Positions 1 to 7,962 of a stretch of 12,247 nucleotides of DNA are shown here, piece by piece. The DNA is from Candidatus Heimdallarchaeota archaeon B3_Heim. GTDB taxonomy: Archaea > Asgardarchaeota > Heimdallarchaeia > Hodarchaeales > Hodarchaeaceae. The notes under the pieces are model-generated. The model was not told the origin of the DNA. It made no database searches and saw only the letters and a program-made list of their open reading frames with translations. The translations under genes were made by a program, and so were the position numbers. The DNA lies in contig NJBF01000070.1 in the NCBI GenBank assembly GCA_003144275.1, positions 1 through 12,247 of the forward strand, read 5' to 3'. How positions within the stretch are numbered: position 1 is the stretch's first letter; each line of letters opens with the position of its first letter.

Positions 1-660
1 AGACTTGCTTTCGATAACTGGTTACTAATAAGTCAACAGCGTATAGAGGCAAAAAAGTCAATGTTGATGGATGTATTGCCTTCTATTCAAGAGATTTGGA
101 ATGAGCAACACGAAAATCAGATAAGCAATAGAATTTCACTCGTGTCAGAAAATTTAATTAGAGAAATCATTCCACAGGAAATTAAAACCGCACAAAAAAC
201 GATCTATCTAGCACTTAAAGACCCTCCATCTTCAAATAGAAAAAAAATCTCTCACGCTGGACGATTATTTGATCCATTCATGTTCAACACTGGTATACAG
301 GGTCTCTTGAAGCGTGGAGTAAAATTATCCATATTAATCGGAAATATTGATTTATTTATACAAAAATCTCACCCTGTATTATTGAAAACATTGGTAAATG
401 GTCTAGTAGATGGAATAATTGATATAAAAGCCTTAAACAGCCATTTGCCGCAATCCTTTTTACTTGTTGACTCCAAAAGATTATATTTGTTCTTTCTAGA
501 TGATGTTCAAGCTGAGAAAGGAGAAGCATTACGAACAGAAAGAAGGAGCTTAGCAGAATTCTTTATCTTAGTTTGGGAGAAATTTTGGAGCAGTGCCTCG
601 ACTATTGATTTTGAACATGTAGTAAATGAGTTAAAAAATTTAGAAAAACCCAGTGAGTAG
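1..660 (+). CDS. TrmB-family transcriptional regulator, C-terminal (PLD-like/effector-binding) part; 5'-truncated by the window edge
   Basis: Frame +1 is open from base 1 (RLAFDNWLLISQQRIEAKKS precedes the ORF-track Met at 61), so the real start lies upstream of the window. Motifs LLKRGVKLSILI, FLLVDSKRLYL and AEFFILVWEKFWSSA fit the TrmB C-terminal fold, preceded by a helical linker. The HTH is not in the window. Confidence 0.65.
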   Translation, partial: RLAFDNWLLISQQRIEAKKSMLMDVLPSIQEIWNEQHENQISNRISLVSENLIREIIPQEIKTAQKTIYLALKDPPSSNRKKISHAGRLFDPFMFNTGIQGLLKRGVKLSILIGNIDLFIQKSHPVLLKTLVNGLVDGIIDIKALNSHLPQSFLLVDSKRLYLFFLDDVQAEKGEALRTERRSLAEFFILVWEKFWSSASTIDFEHVVNELKNLEKPSE

Positions 661-733
661 CACCATTAGCTAAAGATGAAGGAAAAGATTAGCAGGATAC
701 CTGCAAGATTCACCCTACGAAAATTGATTAACC

Positions 734-1789
734 ATGGCGATTCCCCTATTCAACCTAATTTTAGCTGTTATAATTGGTTTAGCAACTGGTTTGGTTCTTC
801 AAAAAGGAAGAATTTGTGCCAATACTGCATTTCGGAATTTACTCCTAATTAAAAATTCGGAATTAGCATCAGCATTATTTGTAACCGTATTAGTGGAACT
901 AATTGGATATCAAATCCTTGAACTACTACCAGGAACCAATTTTGTATCCAATCCTATTCCGTTTTCATTTGTGCTGCTTCCTTCGGGAGCGTTTATCTTT
1001 GGAATAGGTACCGTAATAGCCGGCGGTTGTGCAGGAGGAACTTGCTATCGGATTGGAGAGGGGTCTATGAAATCATTACTAGCTTTTATCGGATTTGGTA
1101 TAGGGGTAGGGGTATTGGTGATTGATCCTTTCAAGAATATAGTCGATGGCTTACGTGCATCCACTGATTGGTCCATAAATGATCAAATTCCTTCCTTAGA
1201 AATATTCTTCCCCAGATGGGTCTGGACTGCAATAGCTATTATTCTTATGATTATTTTCGTATTTTTTCAGAAGGAAAAAACGTCTAAATTAACACATCTC
1301 AGACCTCAATGGACCCCTCTTATTTCAGGAGTTTTTTTAGGCTTCCTTGGTATTAGTGCACGCATCACTTCAACACCCACTGGCCGAGCTTTTGGATTTT
1401 CCACAACTGATGGAATTGGCGAACTTTTTCAAGCTTTAGCAGGTATACTGAATCTCGTTGATCTTGATACTATCGGATGGGCAGGCTTTTTTATTATTGG
1501 ATTAATTGGGGGTTCCTTTATTTCATCCCTTGAAACTAAAGAATTTAAAGTGAAAGTTCCAGCAGCTTGGGAGATAGTAAAATTCTCTGGTGGAGGATTT
1601 ATACTTGGTTTTGGTGCGATGCTTGCTCTAGGGTGCAACTTTAGTCATATCTTAGGAGGAATCCCTGAATTAGGAATTTCATCACTAGTCGCAACACTTC
1701 TCATGATCCTAGGTAACTGGATTGCCTCATTCATACTCTATAAACGTTTAAATCAACCAATTCCATCTTCCACACCAATTCTCCTTTAA
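734..1789 (+). CDS. yeeE: YeeE/YedE family sulfur-compound (thiosulfate-type) transporter
   Basis: 351 aa, polytopic, with two internal repeat halves. Family motifs GLVLQKGRICAN, FGIGTVIAGGCAGGTCYRIGEG and GFGAMLALGCNF carry Cys at the three positions conserved in YeeE transporters. Confidence 0.9.
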   Translation: MAIPLFNLILAVIIGLATGLVLQKGRICANTAFRNLLLIKNSELASALFVTVLVELIGYQILELLPGTNFVSNPIPFSFVLLPSGAFIFGIGTVIAGGCAGGTCYRIGEGSMKSLLAFIGFGIGVGVLVIDPFKNIVDGLRASTDWSINDQIPSLEIFFPRWVWTAIAIILMIIFVFFQKEKTSKLTHLRPQWTPLISGVFLGFLGISARITSTPTGRAFGFSTTDGIGELFQALAGILNLVDLDTIGWAGFFIIGLIGGSFISSLETKEFKVKVPAAWEIVKFSGGGFILGFGAMLALGCNFSHILGGIPELGISSLVATLLMILGNWIASFILYKRLNQPIPSSTPILL

Positions 1790-1813
1790 TATGTTTGAGT
1801 TTAAGGAATTAAA

Positions 1814-2548
1814 ATGACTGCTAATTTTACTATGAAAGATCTGGTTGTCATTATTCCAGCACATAATGAGGAAGATACTCTTCCTTCACTACTAAGATCG
1901 ATTAGAACCTCAATTACACAGAACATAATTGTTGTCGATAATGCTTCAATAGATCAAACTAGGATCAAAGCACAGAAGGAGGGGGCAACTGTTATTGTCG
2001 AAAAGCGTCTAGGTTACGGTAATGCTTGTCTCGCAGGAATTAATTATTTACGTTCACTTCCGAAAATACCTAGAGTTGTCTGTTTTTTCGATGGGGATGG
2101 ACAAAGTATTGTAGACGATATTCAACAGGTTGCCCGAGTAGTTTTCGAAGGTAGAGTGGAATATTGTCAAGGAACCAGAATGATCCAAAAATCTTCAAGA
2201 AATAGGCTAGGAACATTGGCACGCATAGCAAATCGTTTTTATTCTTATATTCTCTCTGTAACCTATCGACAGCATATTACAGATCTTGGTCCTCTTCGAA
2301 TTGTCACGTGGAAGACATTACAAAGGCTTGATATGAAAACTCCTAGTTATGGATGGACTATGGAGATGTCGTCCAAAATTCTCAAAGCAGGTATTACCCA
2401 TGCTGAAATCCCAGTCAGATATTTTCAACGTACCAAGGGAAAAAGTAAAATTTCTGGAAATACTGGAAGTGCTATCAAAGCTGCACTGGTTATGACTTTT
2501 ACTTATATTAGAGTACTCTTTTTCTGGAGGCCTTTTCATCGTCAATAA
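1814..2548 (+). CDS. Glycosyltransferase family 2, polyprenol-phosphate-sugar (DPM) synthase-like
   Basis: VIIPAHNEE, VVDNASID, GYGNAC, DxD motif FFDGDG, ITDLGP, YGWTMEM, EIPVRY and GKSKISG. AAGGA RBS just upstream of ATG 1814. Confidence 0.92.
   Translation: MTANFTMKDLVVIIPAHNEEDTLPSLLRSIRTSITQNIIVVDNASIDQTRIKAQKEGATVIVEKRLGYGNACLAGINYLRSLPKIPRVVCFFDGDGQSIVDDIQQVARVVFEGRVEYCQGTRMIQKSSRNRLGTLARIANRFYSYILSVTYRQHITDLGPLRIVTWKTLQRLDMKTPSYGWTMEMSSKILKAGITHAEIPVRYFQRTKGKSKISGNTGSAIKAALVMTFTYIRVLFFWRPFHRQ
2526..2530 (+). promoter_or_regulatory. Shine-Dalgarno GGAGG for the DUF2064 gene, lying inside the 3' end of the GT2 gene
   Basis: GGAGG at 2526-2530 is 7 nt before an in-frame ATC (2538) and 10 nt before an in-frame GTC (2541). 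Confidence 0.55.
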
Positions 2549-3302
2549 CAATACAATTGGACTTATTGTCTTTACTAAAGTTCCACAACCTGGGTTCGTA
2601 AAAACTCGCCTCAAACACCCCTTATTCTCACCTGACTTTCCCTCACAATTGCAGGTTGCAATGTTATTAGACACAATTATGGGATTAAAATTCATCCCAG
2701 AAAAATTTGTCCCTGTGATCACTTATTATCCAGAACATGCTAATTCAACGTTTGAAGAGCTGATCATTGACCCTCTTATCCATGATAATTCAGAATTTGT
2801 GTCGTCACTTCATTTTGTTCCCCAGATTGGACAAAAATTTACTGATCGGTTTAAAAACGCTTTTAAATATGTTTTCCAAGATCTTAAATTGTCTTCAGCA
2901 TTGATTATAGGTTCAGATACACCACACATTCAACCATCTCTTTTACTGACGGCCATCCACATTTTGCAGGAGAATAGTCAGAATTCTGTTTTAGGACCGT
3001 CACAAGAAGGAGGTTTTTACTTGCTCGGTCATAATGAGCCTTATCTTGAGAATATTGATTCTATTTTTCATCAAAATAATTCCTATAAAGAGCTTGGAAA
3101 TGCAATGGATCTCCTGTTAAATGTTACAGACGTACACATATTACCTGAAGTTACTGATGTTGATCAATTTGAAGATTTGAAAACGGTCCGTTCTATTATT
3201 AAGATATTGTCATTTAATTATGAAAGGGGAAAAATAGAATATTTTCCCGAACACACATTTAAACTCATTGACTCAGTAGCACCCAATATCTGGGTTTCCT
3301 AG
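2538..3302 (+). CDS. TIGR04282/DUF2064 family (CofC-like GT-A fold) transferase, the family annotated as arsenosugar-biosynthesis / rSAM-selenodomain-associated transferase; start uncertain
   Basis: The family N-terminal signature GLIVFTKVPQPGFVKTRL is encoded in frame at about 2559-2612, upstream of the ORF-track start (TTG 2649). Other motifs: QIGQKFTDRFKNAF, LIIGSDTP, VLGPSQEGGFYLLG, TDVDQFEDL. The frame is open back to a TGA at 2493 with no ATG/GTG/TTG before 2649. Confidence 0.88.
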   Translation: MVNNNTIGLIVFTKVPQPGFVKTRLKHPLFSPDFPSQLQVAMLLDTIMGLKFIPEKFVPVITYYPEHANSTFEELIIDPLIHDNSEFVSSLHFVPQIGQKFTDRFKNAFKYVFQDLKLSSALIIGSDTPHIQPSLLLTAIHILQENSQNSVLGPSQEGGFYLLGHNEPYLENIDSIFHQNNSYKELGNAMDLLLNVTDVHILPEVTDVDQFEDLKTVRSIIKILSFNYERGKIEYFPEHTFKLIDSVAPNIWVS

Positions 3303-3336
3303 GTCTAAATCGCTAAATATTATATGTGTTTAGACA

Positions 3337-4152
3337 CTAGGTAACATCAACTAGGGAATCTATTCTTTCAATTGAATCGTGAATGCTTTTTACTCCATCT
3401 ATAGAAAGTGATATGGCATTCTCAGGGCATAAAATAACACATCTCCCACATCCTCTACAAGCTTCACTTATGACAGATTTTCCATCAACTACTTCAATCG
3501 CTTTGACAAAACAGACGTCAACACAGGTGCCACATCCGATACAATTGTCATCTACAGATACTGTTACTCCTGGCATCTTGGTTATTTTTGAAGATATTTT
3601 ACTTGATACATGAGGAAGTATTCGCCATAAACAACAACAATCACAGCAGTTACAAATTGTGAGCAACTTTTCACCTGGACCGACCTTCAACCAGACTGTA
3701 TCGAGTTTGTTTCTCCCGATCAAATGAACTAAACCCGCATCTCGACATTTTCGAACGTGATCAAGTGCTTCTTCCTTTGTCACTTTTCTTCCGAGATTTT
3801 TATCAATTTTCATAGCTGCTTCCCCTAGAAACAAACACCCCAATTCAATGGGATAATGATCACACTTTGATGCTGATCGACATATACACCAATCCATGAT
3901 AAAATGGTAGTTTGCTTCTTCCACAAAGTGCTCTACAATTTTCGAAGGTACAATCGTTTCTCCGTGTCGCTCTATTGGCTTATTTATTTGAACCGTACTA
4001 TCGTCTTTTGGCAAATATAGAATATCATCACCATCAAACATCATATAATCCAAAGCTCGCCCCAAGAGGGGGACACGAGTAAATTTTGATAAGAAACTTC
4101 TAAGTGGAAACCCCTTTTTTAATAACCAAATGAATAATCTTGATCTAGGCAT
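3337..4152 (-). CDS. Cys-rich 4Fe-4S dicluster (ferredoxin-domain) protein
   Basis: Two C-terminal ferredoxin motifs ([23 protein letters not shown]) plus CICRxxxxC...GC and CNCCDCCC; 19 Cys in 271 aa. Confidence 0.88.
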   Translation of the reverse strand: MPRSRLFIWLLKKGFPLRSFLSKFTRVPLLGRALDYMMFDGDDILYLPKDDSTVQINKPIERHGETIVPSKIVEHFVEEANYHFIMDWCICRSASKCDHYPIELGCLFLGEAAMKIDKNLGRKVTKEEALDHVRKCRDAGLVHLIGRNKLDTVWLKVGPGEKLLTICNCCDCCCLWRILPHVSSKISSKITKMPGVTVSVDDNCIGCGTCVDVCFVKAIEVVDGKSVISEACRGCGRCVILCPENAISLSIDGVKSIHDSIERIDSLVDVT

Positions 4153-4390
4153 AATGCTGAACCGTCACTTACACAAATCGAACGCAATGAGCACTTTCGA
4201 ATTAAATATATTACTATAATCGCAGGTTTTTCTAATTTAACCGTAGTTTATACGTCTTTTCGTCTTCCGTAAAGAAGCCTTATTATTTTTTCTAATTTAC
4301 ATATTTTACAAACGGTTCACTTTCAGAAAAATTCTGGAGTGGGATGTTTTCTCTCAAACTAATTTATAGGAATTAAGTGTAGGTTATTGG

Positions 4391-5827
4391 ATGCAAATTC
4401 CACTTGGGGTATTAATCTGGATGATGAGTGGGTTCTTTTTCCTTCTCAGTTCGAGCTATTACATCCTAGAGATGATACCTTCATTTCTTCGTCATAGAAA
4501 AGATTATCTTAATCCGAATATCCCTTCTAATCAAGAAATACTTTCTTTACTTAGCCAAACAGATCAACCTTTTCCCAAAATAAAATTTCAAATTACAACA
4601 CGAGGGAACGAGATTGATGTAGTCAAAAGGGGAATTGCTAGTATATATACAGTATCAAGTGGTAATCAATTATTTGAATCAAATTTTGAGCTACTAGTTG
4701 TGACAGATAATCCTGAGGAAACAAAAATTTTTACTGATTTTTTCAAGGAACTGCATGATTTATTCCCTTCAGAAGCGATCGTAGTTCCGCCAGAATATCG
4801 AACTCCTAATTCAACACTTTATAAGGCAAGAAGTCTGCAATATTCAGTAGAATATAGAAAATCCAAAAAGTCTTCTTCAATGAAAGGCAGGCCAAGGTCA
4901 TTTATTTTCTATTTTGACGCAGAATCGACTATCAAGGGAGAAGATTTTCGAAGAATTATTCATTCAGTCATTTCTTTCCCTGATAAAAAAGTATTCGAAG
5001 GTCCTATTGTCTATCCGCATAAATACTTTAAGGCCAACGTATTTAGTCGGCAAATGGAAGCCTCACGTCCATTTAATTGCCACCATTGCGCACACGTGAT
5101 GAAAAACCCCCCTCCTACACACTTACACGGTTCTAACCTGCTGGTTGATGAGGAAATCGTGAATGAAATTGGCTGGGACTTTGGAAGAGTTGATAATAGA
5201 CCTCTACTTGCTGAGGATTTAATTTTTGGACTTAATGTGTATGTGAAGTATGGTGGAAGCCCTTTTGGTTGGCACGGAGGCCGTTTATCCGAGCAACCGC
5301 CATTCTCAATTCGTTCTTCTTTTAATGCACGAACTCGCTGGGTAACAGGAGCGTGGCAGGCATTAAAACTCCTTAAAAAGTCACCTGAGTTTAAAAAACT
5401 CTCTTGGCAACAACAAATGTCGATCAAACTACGAATTAGATTACGTATCATGACACATTCTCTCAGCTTCTTCGCGACAAGCTTTGTAATCCTTAGTTTG
5501 GCCATATTCCTCTTTCCTTCATTTTTCTTATCATTTCAAATTAATTCTGAACTATTATCGCCATCTTTTAGAACTGCGCAATTTCTCTTAACCCGTTTCA
5601 TTTTTCTACCTGGTACACTTCTTTGGTTTTTTGGAATTTACATAGGTTCTTTAAAGAATTTAGAATTGATAGAGGAGATTTCCCAAAAAGATAAAATCAT
5701 TGAGATTATCAAGCTATTAATCATAACCCCCTTAGCAGGACCTATTGAATCTTTCAGTGCTCTATATGCCTCAATCCGATGGCTTATTGGAAAACCTTAC
5801 AACTCGTGGGCAGTCACTTCAAAATAG
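4391..5827 (+). CDS. Membrane-bound GT2 glycosyltransferase, Egghead/BRE-3 (beta-1,4-mannosyltransferase)-like
   Basis: One N-terminal TM and several C-terminal TMs. Motifs ITTRG, LLVVTD, IVVPPEYRTPNSTLYKARSLQY, FYFDAES, HGSNLLV, LAED and EQPPFS...ARTRWVTG correspond to the D, D, ED, QxxRW-like set of processive-type GT2s. Confidence 0.8.
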   Translation: MQIPLGVLIWMMSGFFFLLSSSYYILEMIPSFLRHRKDYLNPNIPSNQEILSLLSQTDQPFPKIKFQITTRGNEIDVVKRGIASIYTVSSGNQLFESNFELLVVTDNPEETKIFTDFFKELHDLFPSEAIVVPPEYRTPNSTLYKARSLQYSVEYRKSKKSSSMKGRPRSFIFYFDAESTIKGEDFRRIIHSVISFPDKKVFEGPIVYPHKYFKANVFSRQMEASRPFNCHHCAHVMKNPPPTHLHGSNLLVDEEIVNEIGWDFGRVDNRPLLAEDLIFGLNVYVKYGGSPFGWHGGRLSEQPPFSIRSSFNARTRWVTGAWQALKLLKKSPEFKKLSWQQQMSIKLRIRLRIMTHSLSFFATSFVILSLAIFLFPSFFLSFQINSELLSPSFRTAQFLLTRFIFLPGTLLWFFGIYIGSLKNLELIEEISQKDKIIEIIKLLIITPLAGPIESFSALYASIRWLIGKPYNSWAVTSK

Positions 5828-5836
5828 GCGAAAATC

Positions 5837-7231
5837 GTGTTGAACCTTAGAAAATTCTGGGATGCAGAAGAATCTAAGCTATATGGGGTGAAGAATCATT
5901 TGAATCTTAAGGGAAGTGTTCTGTTACTGATAGGAGGATGTTTGTTACTTCTCTCTATACTCATTTTAATATCTAAAACAGGTTTAGATCGCTCAACGCT
6001 TATATTTGAACTAGTGTTTTTTTTACCATTCTCAATTTATCTGATGATTATAATTTCAACAAAACATTTCAAATTAGATACTAAACAATATTTCTTACCA
6101 GTAGTTGTACTCTTTGCTTTCTTAATCCAAATTATTGTTCTAACTACCGAAATTACCCTATCAGATGATCTCTATCGCTATTTTCTTGAAGGAAAAATGT
6201 TTTTAAACGGATTAAATCCATATTTGACCTCATTAGATAATGTTCCAAGTAACTTCACTAGTGAATTCTTACCTTTAGTCAACAATAGCCATATCACATC
6301 ACCCTATCCTCCTCTTGCAATATTACTCTTCGCAATTTTATCGTGGATCTGGGAAGATCCGCTCCTCTTCAGAATCGTTTTTTCGATATCATTTATTCTG
6401 TCAATCGTATCATTAGATAAGCTATTATTAGTAAAACACAGATGGAAACTCGTTGTTTTTGCGTGGAATCCACTATTTCATCTTGAAACAGGCAACGGGT
6501 CGCATTTTGAAGCTTTAATTGTGTTACTCATAATTTTCGCTTTGTTAAATTTAGAACAGAATAGGAGAGGTTTAGCAAGCATTACGTTATTGGCGACTTT
6601 CTTCTTAAAATATTACAGTATCTTTCTAATTCCTCTATTTTGGAAACGTTTAGGAAAGAATGGACAGAGAATTTTCTCGATAGGTATGTTAGGATATGTA
6701 ACTTGGATTTTTTTAAATCCTTCACTGATTACAGGCTTATTAACCTTCGCGGGTGAGTGGTACTTTAATGCGAGTACAATTTGGGTCCTTTTTGAACTTA
6801 CATCTTCCTTTTTTCTAGCCAAACTTATAGCAGGGTCAATTTTCATTATCATTTTAATTGTAATCTTATTTAAAGCACAAAAATACGAAAACATACCTTA
6901 CATGTATGCAGGAGTTATCATCGGCCTGTTCTTACTATTACAACCTACATTTCATCCTTGGTATCTTTTTTGGCTATTCCCCTTTATCTTACTGGAGAAA
7001 GATACAATTCCATGGAGCTGGATTATTCTATCAGGCTTAATCATTTTTTCGTACAACGTATATATCCAATTTGATACAGTTAACGTTTGGAATGAACTGA
7101 TTTTAGTACGCATAATTGAATATGTACCATTTTACTCTCTCTTTCTGTATGAAAATAGAATGGACATTTTCACCCAAATAAAAATTTTAAAATCTTATTT
7201 AAATAAAAGAAGAGGGATTTTTCCCTCCTGA
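5837..7231 (+). CDS. GT-C fold polyprenol-phosphate-sugar-dependent glycosyltransferase (GT87/DUF2029-like)
   Basis: About 10 or more TM segments. First-loop motif SDDLYRY...GLNPY, then SPYPP, AWNPLFHLETGNGSHFE and FHPWY. GTG start 9 nt after the upstream stop. Confidence 0.82.
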   Translation: MLNLRKFWDAEESKLYGVKNHLNLKGSVLLLIGGCLLLLSILILISKTGLDRSTLIFELVFFLPFSIYLMIIISTKHFKLDTKQYFLPVVVLFAFLIQIIVLTTEITLSDDLYRYFLEGKMFLNGLNPYLTSLDNVPSNFTSEFLPLVNNSHITSPYPPLAILLFAILSWIWEDPLLFRIVFSISFILSIVSLDKLLLVKHRWKLVVFAWNPLFHLETGNGSHFEALIVLLIIFALLNLEQNRRGLASITLLATFFLKYYSIFLIPLFWKRLGKNGQRIFSIGMLGYVTWIFLNPSLITGLLTFAGEWYFNASTIWVLFELTSSFFLAKLIAGSIFIIILIVILFKAQKYENIPYMYAGVIIGLFLLLQPTFHPWYLFWLFPFILLEKDTIPWSWIILSGLIIFSYNVYIQFDTVNVWNELILVRIIEYVPFYSLFLYENRMDIFTQIKILKSYLNKRRGIFPS

Positions 7232-7239
7232 GATTCATC

Positions 7240-7743
7240 TTAGATAATAAATTTCACGAGATTATCTGGGATTCTATCTTTTAACCAGTAATCCACACCA
7301 TACCATTTTCCAGCGCTTATTAAAGCACAGGTAATAAACCCTACAAATAATAATGGCTGCGTCCAGATCCATTCAACACCTAACGAACCTAAACCCAGTA
7401 CAATTGTGGAACCAGCGCCTATTACTGACCCGAGTCTAGTCAAAACTCCAAAAATTAGTGATAATGATATTAATAATTCAATAATCATCCATCCGAATCC
7501 AAACAGGGCAGCATTTGGAAATGCAAAATCTCGGATTATAGTATCAATAGGTGTAGCAATATGATCGGGATGATCAATGAAATAACTAATGGTACCAATA
7601 AAGCCTGAGCTTGTAAAAGCGCCTTTGCTAAGATTACTTATCCAAGTTGTTAAGAAGGCAAAGCCCAGAAAAAATCGCAAGATTACAATATATCCTCCAG
7701 AAATTTTCTGTTCGTGCATTTTTCGAATTACTTCACGATTCAT
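7240..7743 (-). CDS. DoxX / TQO small subunit DoxD-like membrane protein
   Basis: ILRFFLGFAFL...K, IELLISLSLIFGVLTRLG and AGKWYGVD match the DoxX/DoxD pattern (LR..lG..F, E...G..l..G..TR, aG...glD). AGGAG RBS 8 nt upstream of the ATG. Confidence 0.8.
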   Translation of the reverse strand: MNREVIRKMHEQKISGGYIVILRFFLGFAFLTTWISNLSKGAFTSSGFIGTISYFIDHPDHIATPIDTIIRDFAFPNAALFGFGWMIIELLISLSLIFGVLTRLGSVIGAGSTIVLGLGSLGVEWIWTQPLLFVGFITCALISAGKWYGVDYWLKDRIPDNLVKFII

Positions 7744-7890
7744 TATTAATTCTCCTTTACTTTTTGAGGATAATGAATTGAGATCTATTTATGATTATGC
7801 CTCGAAAGATTGGAAATCAAGCCACTGAAACCGTAGAGACTTACATAATCTATAATTGACTATTTTTTTCAGAATGTAAATCATAGAATT

Positions 7891-7908
7891 CGAAAATAAA
7901 CATTTAAA
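7891..7908 (+). promoter_or_regulatory. Putative archaeal promoter (A-rich BRE-like tract plus TTTAAA TATA box) for the methyltransferase-rSAM operon
   Basis: CGAAAATAAACATTTAAA with TTTAAA at 7903-7908, followed by RBS AGGAG at 7949-7953, 9 nt before GTG 7963. Confidence 0.5.
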
Positions 7909-7962
7909 GCAGCATGAAATCTGCCAAGCTTTGTCTGCTCTTGTCAGTAGGAGTAACTTGAA

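Noticed and set aside
692-704. Small hairpin GCAGG-ATA-CCTGC between the TrmB and YeeE genes
   Set aside because: Only 5 bp with no U-tract, which is within chance expectation.
7793-7850. Inverted pair GATTATG / CATAATC in the DoxX-methyltransferase intergenic region
   Set aside because: Only 7 bp, AT-rich, 44 nt apart and not extendable.
7914-7961. 15-codon uORF MKSAKLCLLLSVGVT ending 1 nt before the methyltransferase start
   Set aside because: Its ATG is only 5 nt after the TATA box, upstream of the expected transcription start, so it is unlikely to be on the mRNA.
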